From Patescibacteria group bacterium (GTDB taxonomy: Bacteria > Patescibacteriota > Microgenomatia > Woykebacterales > RBG-16-39-9b): a stretch of DNA of 51,491 nucleotides. The stretch covers positions 1 to 51,491 of the forward strand of contig JANWIZ010000006.1 of assembly GCA_025449635.1 (NCBI GenBank), read 5' to 3'. The translations under genes were made by a program, and so were the position numbers. Numbering within the stretch: position 1 is the first letter of the stretch; each line of letters opens with the position of its first letter. The notes under the pieces are model-generated. The model did no database searches. It worked only from the letters and a program-made list of their open reading frames with translations, and had not been told where the DNA came from. This document shows positions 8,107-16,712 of the stretch, piece by piece.

Positions 8107-8769
8107 ATGGACTGGCATAACCTAATTGATCTAAAAAATTCGCCTCATTTAAATTTTCTACAAAGTAAGGGTTCGTTCTGGGAGGCAATTGTGGATTTGG
8201 AAAACTATATAGACGAGTTCTTCAAAAACCCTCCGGCTGAGTTTTCCAAAAATAATAATCTTCTTCTAGGAAGAGGGGTAAAGATTGCTAAAACCGCTAC
8301 AATTTTAGGAAAAGCAGTTATTGGAGCAAATAGTGAGGTCAAGGACAGTGTTTTGTTGCGTGATGGGGTGGTTATAGGTGAAAACTGTATCATTGGTCAC
8401 GCATCCGAAGTCAAGCATTCCATGATTCTAGATAGTTCCAACATTGCCCACCTAAATTACGTGGGTGATTCTTTGATCGGTAGTAAAGTTAATATTGCTG
8501 CTGGGGTAATCGTTGCAAATGTTAAAAGTGGTGCGAGAAACAGCGAGGTGTTTGTTGAAGTCTCAGGAGAAAAGGTCGCAACTGGACTTCAAAAATTAGG
8601 AGCCCTGGTCGGCGATGGGACAAAAATCGGTAGTAATTGTGTCCTTGATCCTGGGGTTATACTAGGAAAAAATATTATTACTTACCCATTAACACCCATT
8701 CGGGGAACTTTTCCAAGTAATAAAATTATAAAGTATAAACCAAATCTCGAAATTGTAGATAAAGAATGA
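8107..8769 (+). CDS. Stand-alone GlmU-type left-handed beta-helix acetyltransferase (glucosamine-1-phosphate N-acetyltransferase half)
   Basis: 220 aa, with hexapeptide repeats throughout. AHLNYVGDSLIGSKVNIAAGVIVAN and LGALVGDGTKIGSNCVL parallel the GlmU C-domain. There is no nucleotidyltransferase domain. It shares an ATGA overlap with the next gene. Confidence 0.75.
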   Translation: MDWHNLIDLKNSPHLNFLQSKGSFWEAIVDLENYIDEFFKNPPAEFSKNNNLLLGRGVKIAKTATILGKAVIGANSEVKDSVLLRDGVVIGENCIIGHASEVKHSMILDSSNIAHLNYVGDSLIGSKVNIAAGVIVANVKSGARNSEVFVEVSGEKVATGLQKLGALVGDGTKIGSNCVLDPGVILGKNIITYPLTPIRGTFPSNKIIKYKPNLEIVDKE

Positions 8770-9884
8770 AGCTTTACGAATTTGAGGCAAAAAATCTTCT
8801 ACGCTCTGCTGGAATAAACGTTCCGAAAAGCTCCCTTTTGTCGAACCCAGATCAAAAAGTAAAAATAAATGGTAAGTATCTGGGGAAAGCCCAGGTACTT
8901 TTTGGTGGACGTGGAAAAAAGGGTTTGATTTCTACAGACTACAAAACTCTTTTTGCGAAGAACAATGTTGACAAAGTGTTGGTTGAAGAGTTTCTTGAGT
9001 GTGAGCAGTTGTTTTATTTAGCAATAACTTATTCTACCAAAACGAGAAGCCCAGTGATTCTTTTTTCAACCAATGGTGGTGTTGATGTTGAAGACAATCG
9101 AGAAATTGAACAATTTCCAATTGATCTGGAAAACCCAACTTTACCTATAATTAACTCTGCCGTTGACATGGTTGTCAAAAAACTTTGGAACCTTTTTAAA
9201 CAGCTTGATGCAAGATTAGTTGAAATCAATCCATTGGGAAAAATTGGAGAAAATTTTGTAGCCTTGGATGCCAAATTTATACTAGATGACGATGCGTTGT
9301 ATAGACACCCAAACTTACAGTTTGAACCCCGAAGTCAACTTGGGATAAAACCTACCCAAGCTGAAAAACTAGCTTTAGAGATTGATAAGCAGGATCATCG
9401 CGGTAGTGCCGGCAGTAGTTACTTTGACCTCTCTGGAGACATAGCTGTTATAGCTGCTGGCGGAGGTGGTAGTGTGGTTAATATGGATGCTCTGATTGCC
9501 TTAGGAGGTAAGCCTGCTAATTATACAGAACATTCTGGTAACCCCCCTGCAGAGAAGGTAGAAAAACTTACCAAAATCGTTTTATCGAGGCCAGGATTAA
9601 ATGGTTTGTGGTTTGTGGGGGCAACAGCAAATTTTACAGATATGGTTGAGACTCTGTCAGGCTTTATCAATGGGTTAAGGACAATAAAACCAAAACCCAA
9701 ATACCCAATCGTAATCCGGCGCGGCGGACCACGTTGGAAAGAGGCTGAAAAAATGTTGCTCCTGATCAAAGAAAAGGAGCGTTTTGATTTTCATATTTTC
9801 GGTCCTGAAACACCAATGACAAGCACTGCCAAAATAGTTGTAGATTTAGTCAACAAGTATAAACAAAATAATAAACGAACTTAG
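8766..9884 (+). CDS. ATP-citrate-lyase / citryl-CoA-synthetase-type ATP-grasp (beta-like) subunit
   Basis: 372 aa with an ATP-grasp N-half (MKLYEFEAKNLL). The C-half motifs are AAGGGGSVV, PANYTEHSGNP, GATANFTD, IVIRRGGP and FGPETPMT. These line up with the N-terminal part of ATP-citrate lyase as I recall it, not with SucC. Confidence 0.75.
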   Translation: MKLYEFEAKNLLRSAGINVPKSSLLSNPDQKVKINGKYLGKAQVLFGGRGKKGLISTDYKTLFAKNNVDKVLVEEFLECEQLFYLAITYSTKTRSPVILFSTNGGVDVEDNREIEQFPIDLENPTLPIINSAVDMVVKKLWNLFKQLDARLVEINPLGKIGENFVALDAKFILDDDALYRHPNLQFEPRSQLGIKPTQAEKLALEIDKQDHRGSAGSSYFDLSGDIAVIAAGGGGSVVNMDALIALGGKPANYTEHSGNPPAEKVEKLTKIVLSRPGLNGLWFVGATANFTDMVETLSGFINGLRTIKPKPKYPIVIRRGGPRWKEAEKMLLLIKEKERFDFHIFGPETPMTSTAKIVVDLVNKYKQNNKRT

Positions 9885-9888
9885 AAAT

Positions 9889-10770
9889 ATGGCTATTTTA
9901 ATTGACAAAAAGACAAAAGTATTAGTCCAAGGAATCACTGGAAAGGAAGGTACTAGAGCTACTGAACAAATGCTTTCATACGGCACCGCTGTTCTCGCTG
10001 GCGTGACTCCAGGAAAAGGTGGGCAAGAGCTACTTGGGGTAAAGGTGTTTAATTCTATCAAAGAGGCACTTCTTAAAAACCCGGAGATTAATGCGACTTC
10101 GATATGTGTACCCGGAGCATTTGCAAAAAACGCAATTCTAGAAGCAATTGAAAACAAAATCCCATTAATTCATGTTCTTACGGAACATATCCCTATTGCG
10201 GACACTGCATATTGTTTTGCTAAAGCAAGAAAAATTGGGGTAAGAATAGTTGGTCCAAGCTCAATCGGTATAATTAGTCCAGGAGTTTCAAAGCTTGGTT
10301 CGATCGGCGGTCCTGACCCTAGTTTTAGTTTTTCCAAAGGCAAGATTGGCCTTATCTCAAAGTCTGGAGGTATGACCAGTGAGATTGCGTTGATACTTAA
10401 AAAAGCAGGTCTCGGGGTTTCAACCGCAGTTGGAATTGGAGGAGATGTGATAATCGGATCAACTTTCGCTGACCTATTTCCGTTATTTGAAGAAGACCAT
10501 GCAACTTCTGGTATTATTATTTTTGGCGAAATTGGTGGCAGTTATGAAAACGACTTTGCAAAACTCATACGTGATAAAAATCCAGCCTTCCCAGTTGCCG
10601 CCTTTATCAGCGGTCTTTTTGCACAAAAACTTCCTGAGGACTTGGCACTTGGACACGCTGGTGCAATAATAGAAAAGGGAAATTCCTCAAGAGCAGAAAA
10701 AATTAGAGAACTTAGAAAAGCAGGGGTCTTAATTGCTAATACTCCTGACCAATTAGCAGGTTTTTTTTAA
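9889..10770 (+). CDS. Succinyl-CoA-synthetase-alpha-type CoA-binding subunit with phosphohistidine loop (CcsB/AclA-N-like)
   Basis: 293 aa with the motifs QGITGKEGT, GVTPGKGG, SKSGGMTSE and LGHAGAII (catalytic His loop). Confidence 0.85.
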   Translation: MAILIDKKTKVLVQGITGKEGTRATEQMLSYGTAVLAGVTPGKGGQELLGVKVFNSIKEALLKNPEINATSICVPGAFAKNAILEAIENKIPLIHVLTEHIPIADTAYCFAKARKIGVRIVGPSSIGIISPGVSKLGSIGGPDPSFSFSKGKIGLISKSGGMTSEIALILKKAGLGVSTAVGIGGDVIIGSTFADLFPLFEEDHATSGIIIFGEIGGSYENDFAKLIRDKNPAFPVAAFISGLFAQKLPEDLALGHAGAIIEKGNSSRAEKIRELRKAGVLIANTPDQLAGFF

Positions 10771-11256
10771 ATGAACCTCAAGAATCCGAAAACAATAGCA
10801 CCCAAATCACTTTTTGTAAAAGTACTTCAATGGTTTTACCTAATTACCGGAATCTTGACTGCAACATTTTTCCTCTGGTCTAAGCAAATTTCATTTTTCT
10901 CCTCGCCAAACATTCCTGGGGAGCTTATTTTGGCAATCACTGTTGCAGCTGGTTTGTATTGTTTAATACTCTCTTTGTCTTTTTTTGCTCAAAATACCAA
11001 TTTGCTTATTCTATCTTTGGTTTTAATCTTTTTTACGACCATATCTGCTCTTATTATGTTGGTAGTAACTATTCCCAATGCGCAAACTATTTTTAGTGGC
11101 AATTTACCAGAATGTTCGCGAAATCTAGCGCTGTGTAATCTTAAAGACGGCGTTATTGTGGCTTCGGCAATGTTTATGGCAATTTCGATACCCTTACTCA
11201 TTCTAAATTTTATTACTATCATTGGAGCAGTAATAGCAATTGCTGCAACAGACTAA
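10771..11256 (+). CDS. Hypothetical 4-TM membrane protein embedded in the citrate-cleavage operon
   Basis: 161 aa with four hydrophobic helices. The loop before the last helix carries a Cys pair (CSRNLALC). The start codon directly abuts the upstream TAA (TAAATG), and its stop is 2 nt before the next ATG. I recognise no family. Confidence 0.65.
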   Translation: MNLKNPKTIAPKSLFVKVLQWFYLITGILTATFFLWSKQISFFSSPNIPGELILAITVAAGLYCLILSLSFFAQNTNLLILSLVLIFFTTISALIMLVVTIPNAQTIFSGNLPECSRNLALCNLKDGVIVASAMFMAISIPLLILNFITIIGAVIAIAATD

Positions 11257-11258
11257 TC

Positions 11259-12008
11259 ATGAACAACGAAAAATTTGAAACTAAAATCAGTAAGCACGAC
11301 GAAAATGGAGAACCTATAATCCGTGGTTACAATTTGATTGAACTAATTAACAAAGTAAATTTCACTCAAAGCATTTTTTTGACGTTAAAAGGAGAGTTGC
11401 CAAGCGAAAATGAAGAAAAATTATTGAATGCCATTTTAGTTTCTTCTCTAGATCATGGGGTCGAAGCCCCATCGACTACAATCGCCCGTTTAACTGCCTC
11501 AAATGGAGTCTCAAGCTCTACTGCAATTGCTGCAGGAATTTCTTCAATTGGTGACGCCCACGGTGGAGCTGGCGAAGCTCTTGCCAAACTTCTTCAGGAA
11601 ACCCCTGAAAAAAATGCTTCAAAAATTGTGGTTGAATTTAAGGAAAAGAAAAAAAGAATCCCTGGTTTTGGTCACAAAATTTATGAAGTTGACCCTCGCA
11701 CACAATCCTTATTGAAAATTGCGCAGGATACTGGTTTTTATGGAAAATTTGTGAACCTTTGTCTCGAGATAGAAAGAGAGCTTGAAAAAGTTTCTGAAAA
11801 GAAGCTTCCACTCAATATCGACGGGGCAATTGCAGCTTTAATGAGTGAACTCGGGTTTGACTGGAGACTGGGGAAAAGTCTATTCATCATTTCCCGGGTT
11901 GTAGGAATTTCTGCTCACGTCCAAGAGGAGCAAACAACTGGAAAACCAGTAAGAAGAGTTTCTGAAAAGGATGTTGACTATACTGGTCCCACAAAACGAA
12001 ATTTATAG
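11259..12008 (+). CDS. Citryl-CoA-lyase-like protein (short citrate-synthase-fold protein)
   Basis: 249 aa with the motifs LDHGVEAPS, IGDAHGGA, GFGHKIYEVDPR, LNIDGAIAAL and SRVVGISAHVQEE. These align with the C-terminal citryl-CoA lyase module of ATP-citrate lyase. The protein is much shorter than a full citrate synthase. Confidence 0.75.
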   Translation: MNNEKFETKISKHDENGEPIIRGYNLIELINKVNFTQSIFLTLKGELPSENEEKLLNAILVSSLDHGVEAPSTTIARLTASNGVSSSTAIAAGISSIGDAHGGAGEALAKLLQETPEKNASKIVVEFKEKKKRIPGFGHKIYEVDPRTQSLLKIAQDTGFYGKFVNLCLEIERELEKVSEKKLPLNIDGAIAALMSELGFDWRLGKSLFIISRVVGISAHVQEEQTTGKPVRRVSEKDVDYTGPTKRNL

Positions 12009-12029
12009 CAAAAAGCGTAGAGCTACTAG

Positions 12030-13349
12030 CTAGCTCAGCTTAACCCGCAAATATTCACTTAGTTCCGTAACTGATACCCTTTTTTGTTTCATACTATCCC
12101 TTTCGCGAATTGTCACGGAATTATCCTCCAACGAATCGAAATCAACGGTAATACAAAACGGGGTACCGATCTCGTCAGAGCGACGATATCTACGCCCAAT
12201 TGAGCTAGTCTCATCATAAGTTACAAACCAGTTTTCTTTAAGATCTTTGTATATATCTTTAGCTATTATTTGTAATTTCTCGTCCTTCACCAAAGGTAAA
12301 ACTGAAACTTTGATAGGTGCTAATTTTGGGTTAAACTTAAGAACTGTCCGTGCCTCCCCCTTAATTTCCTCTTCAGTATAGGAGTCAATAAGAAAAGCTA
12401 GAAATGCTCGACCCACACCAACTGATGGCTCAATCACATACGGTAAATATTTATCCTTATCATCTTCATCAAAGTAAGTCAGGTCTTTACCTGAAGTTTT
12501 CATGTGTTGTTTGAGATCATAATCACCTCGGCTAGCAATACCCTCCAGCTCGCCAAAACCCATGAATGGCCAATCATACCAAATTTCCGCAGTTCCCTTG
12601 GAATAGTGAGCAAGATCTTCCTTAAGAAGCTGAACCAGTTTAATATTCTCTTTTTTTATTCCTAGATTTAAAAACCAGTTTAACCTTTCCTTTTGCCAAT
12701 ATTCGTGGGCTTTTTTCTCAGTTCCTGGTTTTACAAAATATTCAAGTTCCAACATTTCAAACTCGCGGACTCGAAAAAGAAAATTTCCTGTTGTAATCTC
12801 GTTACGAAAACCTTTTCCGATCTGTGCTATACCAAAAGGAAGTTTTACTCGAGAACTTTGCATCACATTGTCAAAATTGATGAAAATTCCTTGAGCTGTT
12901 TCGGGTCTCAAATAAACCACTTCCGCATCTTCTTCAGTTGATCCAAGTGAGGTCTTAAACATCAGGTTGAAGTCTTTAGCTTTGGTAAAATCCTTTTTCC
13001 CGCAAGTTAGACATTTGCTGTCCTGTGGTAAATGGTCAGCTCGAATACGGCTGTGACAGTTTTTACATTCAATTAACGGATCAGTGAAATTTTTGATATG
13101 ACCTGATGCTTCCCAAACTTTCGGGTGATGAAGAATTGTTGAATCTAAACCAAGTACATCATCGCGTTTTTGAACTATAGCTTTCCACCATTCTTCTTTA
13201 ATATTTTTTGCTAACAATGTTCCAAGTGGTCCCAAATCCCAAGTTCCATTTAAGCCTCCGTAGATCTCACTGCCTTGAAAAACAAAACCTCGTCTTTTAG
13301 CAAGTGAGACTATTTTTTCCATTATTTGAATTTTTTCGCTTGTAGCCAT
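12030..13349 (-). CDS. glyQS: Glycine--tRNA ligase (dimeric class II type)
   Basis: 439 aa with the motifs LAKRRGFVFQGSEIYGGLNGTWDLGPLG and RPETAQGIF and a Cys cluster (CKNCHSRIR...CLTCG). The C-terminal anticodon-binding region matches GlyQS-type enzymes. Confidence 0.95.
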   Translation of the reverse strand: MATSEKIQIMEKIVSLAKRRGFVFQGSEIYGGLNGTWDLGPLGTLLAKNIKEEWWKAIVQKRDDVLGLDSTILHHPKVWEASGHIKNFTDPLIECKNCHSRIRADHLPQDSKCLTCGKKDFTKAKDFNLMFKTSLGSTEEDAEVVYLRPETAQGIFINFDNVMQSSRVKLPFGIAQIGKGFRNEITTGNFLFRVREFEMLELEYFVKPGTEKKAHEYWQKERLNWFLNLGIKKENIKLVQLLKEDLAHYSKGTAEIWYDWPFMGFGELEGIASRGDYDLKQHMKTSGKDLTYFDEDDKDKYLPYVIEPSVGVGRAFLAFLIDSYTEEEIKGEARTVLKFNPKLAPIKVSVLPLVKDEKLQIIAKDIYKDLKENWFVTYDETSSIGRRYRRSDEIGTPFCITVDFDSLEDNSVTIRERDSMKQKRVSVTELSEYLRVKLS

Positions 13350-13361
13350 AACTCAGGTAGC

Positions 13362-13391
13362 AGTATAAGCCAAATTAAGAGCTTTTTGCAA
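13362..13391 (-). promoter_or_regulatory. Candidate promoter for glyQS
   Basis: Minus strand: TTGCAA (13391-13386), an 18-nt spacer, then TATACT (13367-13362). Only 12 nt remain before ATG 13349, and there is no Shine-Dalgarno sequence. Confidence 0.3.
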
Positions 13392-14015
13392 TTAAAACTT
13401 TGGATGACAATAATAGAAGATACAATCAGCTATTTTCTTTGTCATAAATCCTTCAATCAAGGCAGCCATTAATAATACTGCTGCAGCTAATATTAAAACT
13501 AGAATTAATTCTCTAAAATTTATTAAAAAAATTGCAAATCTCCTGCCTTTATTAAACTTAAATGTCCAATTAATCCCTAGCCTCAAACCAAAGGCTAATG
13601 ATAAAAAGGTAGCAAAATACTCAAAAACCCCGTGAGGAATAATTAATGCTATTAAATATAGTGGGTTCGCTAATGTATAGATTTTTGGATATCCAAAAAT
13701 CAAACCCAACAGAAAACCGTTTATAAATGTAACAAAAACTGCAGCTATCCCAAAGAAAAAGGAAAATAAACTTGCAAGAACTGTAATTGTGATATTTCGC
13801 TGATAAATAAACCCTGATAATTCCCAACCTTCTTTCAAATCAGGTTTTATCGATCGAACATAATGACCTATAATTTCTTCAGCCACCTTCGGTATAAAAA
13901 GTGAAGTTAACACCCCCACAACCGCACTTGCGAAAAACATTCCAGATACAATAAAAAACCATCTTCTATTACCCCAGATTAGGTTTTTATAGTAATTGGA
14001 TATTCGAAACAGCAT
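13392..14015 (-). CDS. SpoIIM/DUF95-like polytopic membrane protein
   Basis: 207 aa with about 5-6 TM helices. IIPHGVFEYFATFLSLAFGLRLG resembles the DUF95 signature. Confidence 0.65.
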   Translation of the reverse strand: MLFRISNYYKNLIWGNRRWFFIVSGMFFASAVVGVLTSLFIPKVAEEIIGHYVRSIKPDLKEGWELSGFIYQRNITITVLASLFSFFFGIAAVFVTFINGFLLGLIFGYPKIYTLANPLYLIALIIPHGVFEYFATFLSLAFGLRLGINWTFKFNKGRRFAIFLINFRELILVLILAAAVLLMAALIEGFMTKKIADCIFYYCHPKF

Positions 14016-14016
14016 T

Positions 14017-14781
14017 CTAATGATAAAGTTTTTCCACCGCCAAAGTAAATCGAGGTGAATTGAGATCTTTTTCTAGAAAGAATACGGTGTAAAAATTCAG
14101 CACATCAAATAATTCCTTTAAAAGTTTCTTTTCCAAACTAAGTTTATAGATTTCTTCGAACGGAGTTTTTATCAAGAATCTTAAAGTTTTGATTGCTTCT
14201 AAACTCAGCGAACGTGAGAGTAAAACTTCTCGACTACAAGTCTTATCTACCAACCCTCCCAAATAGGGTGCTAGAAAATTTGTTTCGGGTTGAATCTGTT
14301 GATCACAAACTACACAATTTTGAAGTTGCGGTAAATAACCTACTTGGCTAAGAAACTTTAATTGAAAATTGGTCGCAAAAACTTTAGCTTTTTCCAAACT
14401 TGGACTATTATCAATTGCAACAAGAGTTGAAACTAACAAGTCAAATACAAATGGGCTTTCTTGCTCTTCTGTCAAAAATTGATCTACTAATTCAAAGAGC
14501 AAATATGTCAAACTCAATTTGGATAAATCCTCTTTGATATTATTAAAATTTCCCTTTGTTTCTACTTCAGTCAAGATTGGCCAACTTTTTGTCTCATGGA
14601 GAAATATTTTGACATGATTGAGAATTTCCAGGCTTCCAGCTCTACGAGAATTTACCTTTCTAACACCTTTGGCTAGAGTTTTTATTTTTCCCCTACTTCT
14701 TGTAAAAACCGTAACTAGTTTATCAGCTTCACCTAAATTTCTTCTTTTTAGTATCACTCCTTCAGCGCTAAAAGAATTCAT
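14017..14781 (-). CDS. recO: DNA repair protein RecO
   Basis: 254 aa. It has an OB-fold N-terminus (EGVILKRRNLGEADKLVTVFTRSRGKIKTLAKGVRK) and a central C..C zinc-type segment (CVVCDQ...C). Confidence 0.9.
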   Translation of the reverse strand: MNSFSAEGVILKRRNLGEADKLVTVFTRSRGKIKTLAKGVRKVNSRRAGSLEILNHVKIFLHETKSWPILTEVETKGNFNNIKEDLSKLSLTYLLFELVDQFLTEEQESPFVFDLLVSTLVAIDNSPSLEKAKVFATNFQLKFLSQVGYLPQLQNCVVCDQQIQPETNFLAPYLGGLVDKTCSREVLLSRSLSLEAIKTLRFLIKTPFEEIYKLSLEKKLLKELFDVLNFYTVFFLEKDLNSPRFTLAVEKLYH

Positions 14782-14799
14782 AATTATATTTTAGTATAT

Positions 14800-16710
14800 T
14801 TAGATATCAATGCTAAGCTCTTTGTCGGTTGTTAGCTTAAATTCTTCTTTTTTCACTCCGTTTATCTTAATGATCATTTCAATTTCATTTACCCCTGGTT
14901 GCTTCTGAATCAACATTTTATACTTTTCACCTACTTTAACTTTAAAAGGTAGTTGATATGTAAAATTAGATGTTGAAGAACTTTTTGGATAAGTTGGTCC
15001 AAACCCTCGATAAACCTCCTTATCTAACTCCTCTCCGCTTGTAAAATCCTTAAATACTTTCTTACTAACTAGAGTTGATCCCTCTGGGACAAATAACCTC
15101 ATCCAGTTTAGATAAATCGAAACCAACCATCCATCCGCTTTCACTGGGTTTGTTAAAGTCACATCTACATTTTTGGTAACCTTACCTTCGGAATCGATTT
15201 TAATATCTTGAACTACTTTTTGCTTGATATAAAGATTTCCCTTCAAACCTCCAAAATTTGAATTATTTAAATGAAAATAATCTCCCTCATAATCCTTAAT
15301 TCTACCAGCATAATTGTATTTTTCCGCTAATTTTTGTGCAAAATCGTTATGGAAATAAAAAAGAATATGCTTTCGATTTGCAGTATCAATAAATGCTTCA
15401 ATATAGTCCTTCATTTTATCCGGCTTTGCGCTCAACACCTTGTCTATTAATGTATCCATCAGCTCACCCATAAATCCTTTTCTATCATTACTATGTTTAT
15501 TTATTTTTTCTGCGTAAAGCTCTAATTTATAAATTACATCTGGAATTCCTAGCTTGTTTTTCTCTGCCGACCACACCTCTCTTGTCTTTTTTGTCCTTAT
15601 CGGACCACTGACTTCTAAAATACTTTTCACAAACTCTGTGTCTAGAGCAAAAACTCCATCAACTTTAGGCATTTTTGGGATCGTGTTATACATCGCTTCA
15701 AATTTCTCCGCGGATATTTTATAGTCGGGAGAAATATTAGAATCACGAATGGGTAAAAGAGTCCACCCAATATATTTTTTTATTGCTTCAGGAGCTTTTT
15801 CAGTATCCCGATATTTCAGATCAAGTTTATAGATATCATCACTTTCCGTCTCAACAATTTTCCCACCTTTCATTTTTATCAAAGCATAGGCTGTGATAAA
15901 ACCTCCTGTAGCTCTAAGCTCTTTGTCGTTTTGCAATAATATTAAATAAGTTTTTGCAGTGGGTTCTCCGGCTAGTTCGGGGGCAACTTGCAAAATTGGC
16001 TTTGTCTCGGGAATAAACTTGCTAAGTTTTTCTAAATAATCTTTTGTTACGTTCAAAGTTTCTTTAACCCTTACACCTTTTACTTCCATACTTGACGGGT
16101 ATCGACTTGGGTTTACTTTATCCATTTCTAACTTAATTTTGTTTACCCCAATTTCAATATCTTCAACCAACGGGATTATTTGTGGTATTACCTCTTTAAC
16201 TATTTTCTGTGCTTTTTCTTCAGCTGTTACTTCCTTTTCGTTGGTCTTAAATCCTAAAATTGCCGAAAATGGTTCAAACGCTAATAAACTTTTATCGCCT
16301 AAATCTATCCCAATCTCTGCAGCGTTAAGAAAATGACTACCATCGGAATAATAGCTAGCCGCTACTGGAATAAACTTAAGAAAAGAAAGTTTGTTGTATT
16401 CGGTTTTAGTAAGACTTAACTCTTTTTTTAGAGAAATTAATTCGGTTTCTGCTTGCTTTAAATCTTTGGTTTCCGATAGAGCTATTTCCAGTTTTTTTGC
16501 CTGCGCATAAGTGGAATCAATTCTAGCCATTACTGACTTCGCTTTTGGATAAACTACCACCCCCAGAATAAGCGATAGGACAATCACAGTGACCACTGCA
16601 AAGGCAAAGGAAATTAGTAGTGTTTTAAAGAACAATTTAAAACGGCCTTTACTCGGTTTACCTTCGACTTTAATTTCTCTGGCACTCGCATCAATATAAG
16701 TAATTGCCAT
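14800..16710 (-). CDS. DUF4012-family membrane-anchored protein
   Basis: I moved the start to ATG 16710. GGAAGGAG lies about 7 nt upstream, and this start removes the 22-nt overlap that the track start 16734 creates. The protein has an N-terminal TM helix, a coiled-coil-like stretch and LLQNDKELRATGGFITAY as in DUF4012. Confidence 0.7.
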   Translation of the reverse strand: MAITYIDASAREIKVEGKPSKGRFKLFFKTLLISFAFAVVTVIVLSLILGVVVYPKAKSVMARIDSTYAQAKKLEIALSETKDLKQAETELISLKKELSLTKTEYNKLSFLKFIPVAASYYSDGSHFLNAAEIGIDLGDKSLLAFEPFSAILGFKTNEKEVTAEEKAQKIVKEVIPQIIPLVEDIEIGVNKIKLEMDKVNPSRYPSSMEVKGVRVKETLNVTKDYLEKLSKFIPETKPILQVAPELAGEPTAKTYLILLQNDKELRATGGFITAYALIKMKGGKIVETESDDIYKLDLKYRDTEKAPEAIKKYIGWTLLPIRDSNISPDYKISAEKFEAMYNTIPKMPKVDGVFALDTEFVKSILEVSGPIRTKKTREVWSAEKNKLGIPDVIYKLELYAEKINKHSNDRKGFMGELMDTLIDKVLSAKPDKMKDYIEAFIDTANRKHILFYFHNDFAQKLAEKYNYAGRIKDYEGDYFHLNNSNFGGLKGNLYIKQKVVQDIKIDSEGKVTKNVDVTLTNPVKADGWLVSIYLNWMRLFVPEGSTLVSKKVFKDFTSGEELDKEVYRGFGPTYPKSSSTSNFTYQLPFKVKVGEKYKMLIQKQPGVNEIEMIIKINGVKKEEFKLTTDKELSIDI

Positions 16711-16712
16711 TT

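Noticed and set aside
8766-10770. I considered reading the two CoA-ligase subunits as ordinary succinyl-CoA synthetase SucCD.
   Set aside because: The alpha subunit alone would be compatible with SucD. However, the beta-like subunit carries ACL/CCS-type motifs (ANYTEHSGNP, ANFTD, RRGGP, FGPETPMT) rather than the SucC C-domain pattern. The operon also ends with a citryl-CoA-lyase-like gene. I could not run a phylogeny, so this still needs confirmation.
12020-12036. The palindrome GAGCTA-ctagc-TAGCTC lies between the convergent ccl-like and glyQS genes and could be a bidirectional terminator.
   Set aside because: The stem is only 6 bp, there is no flanking T/A run on either strand, and it overlaps the glyQS stop codon. 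This is too weak to call.
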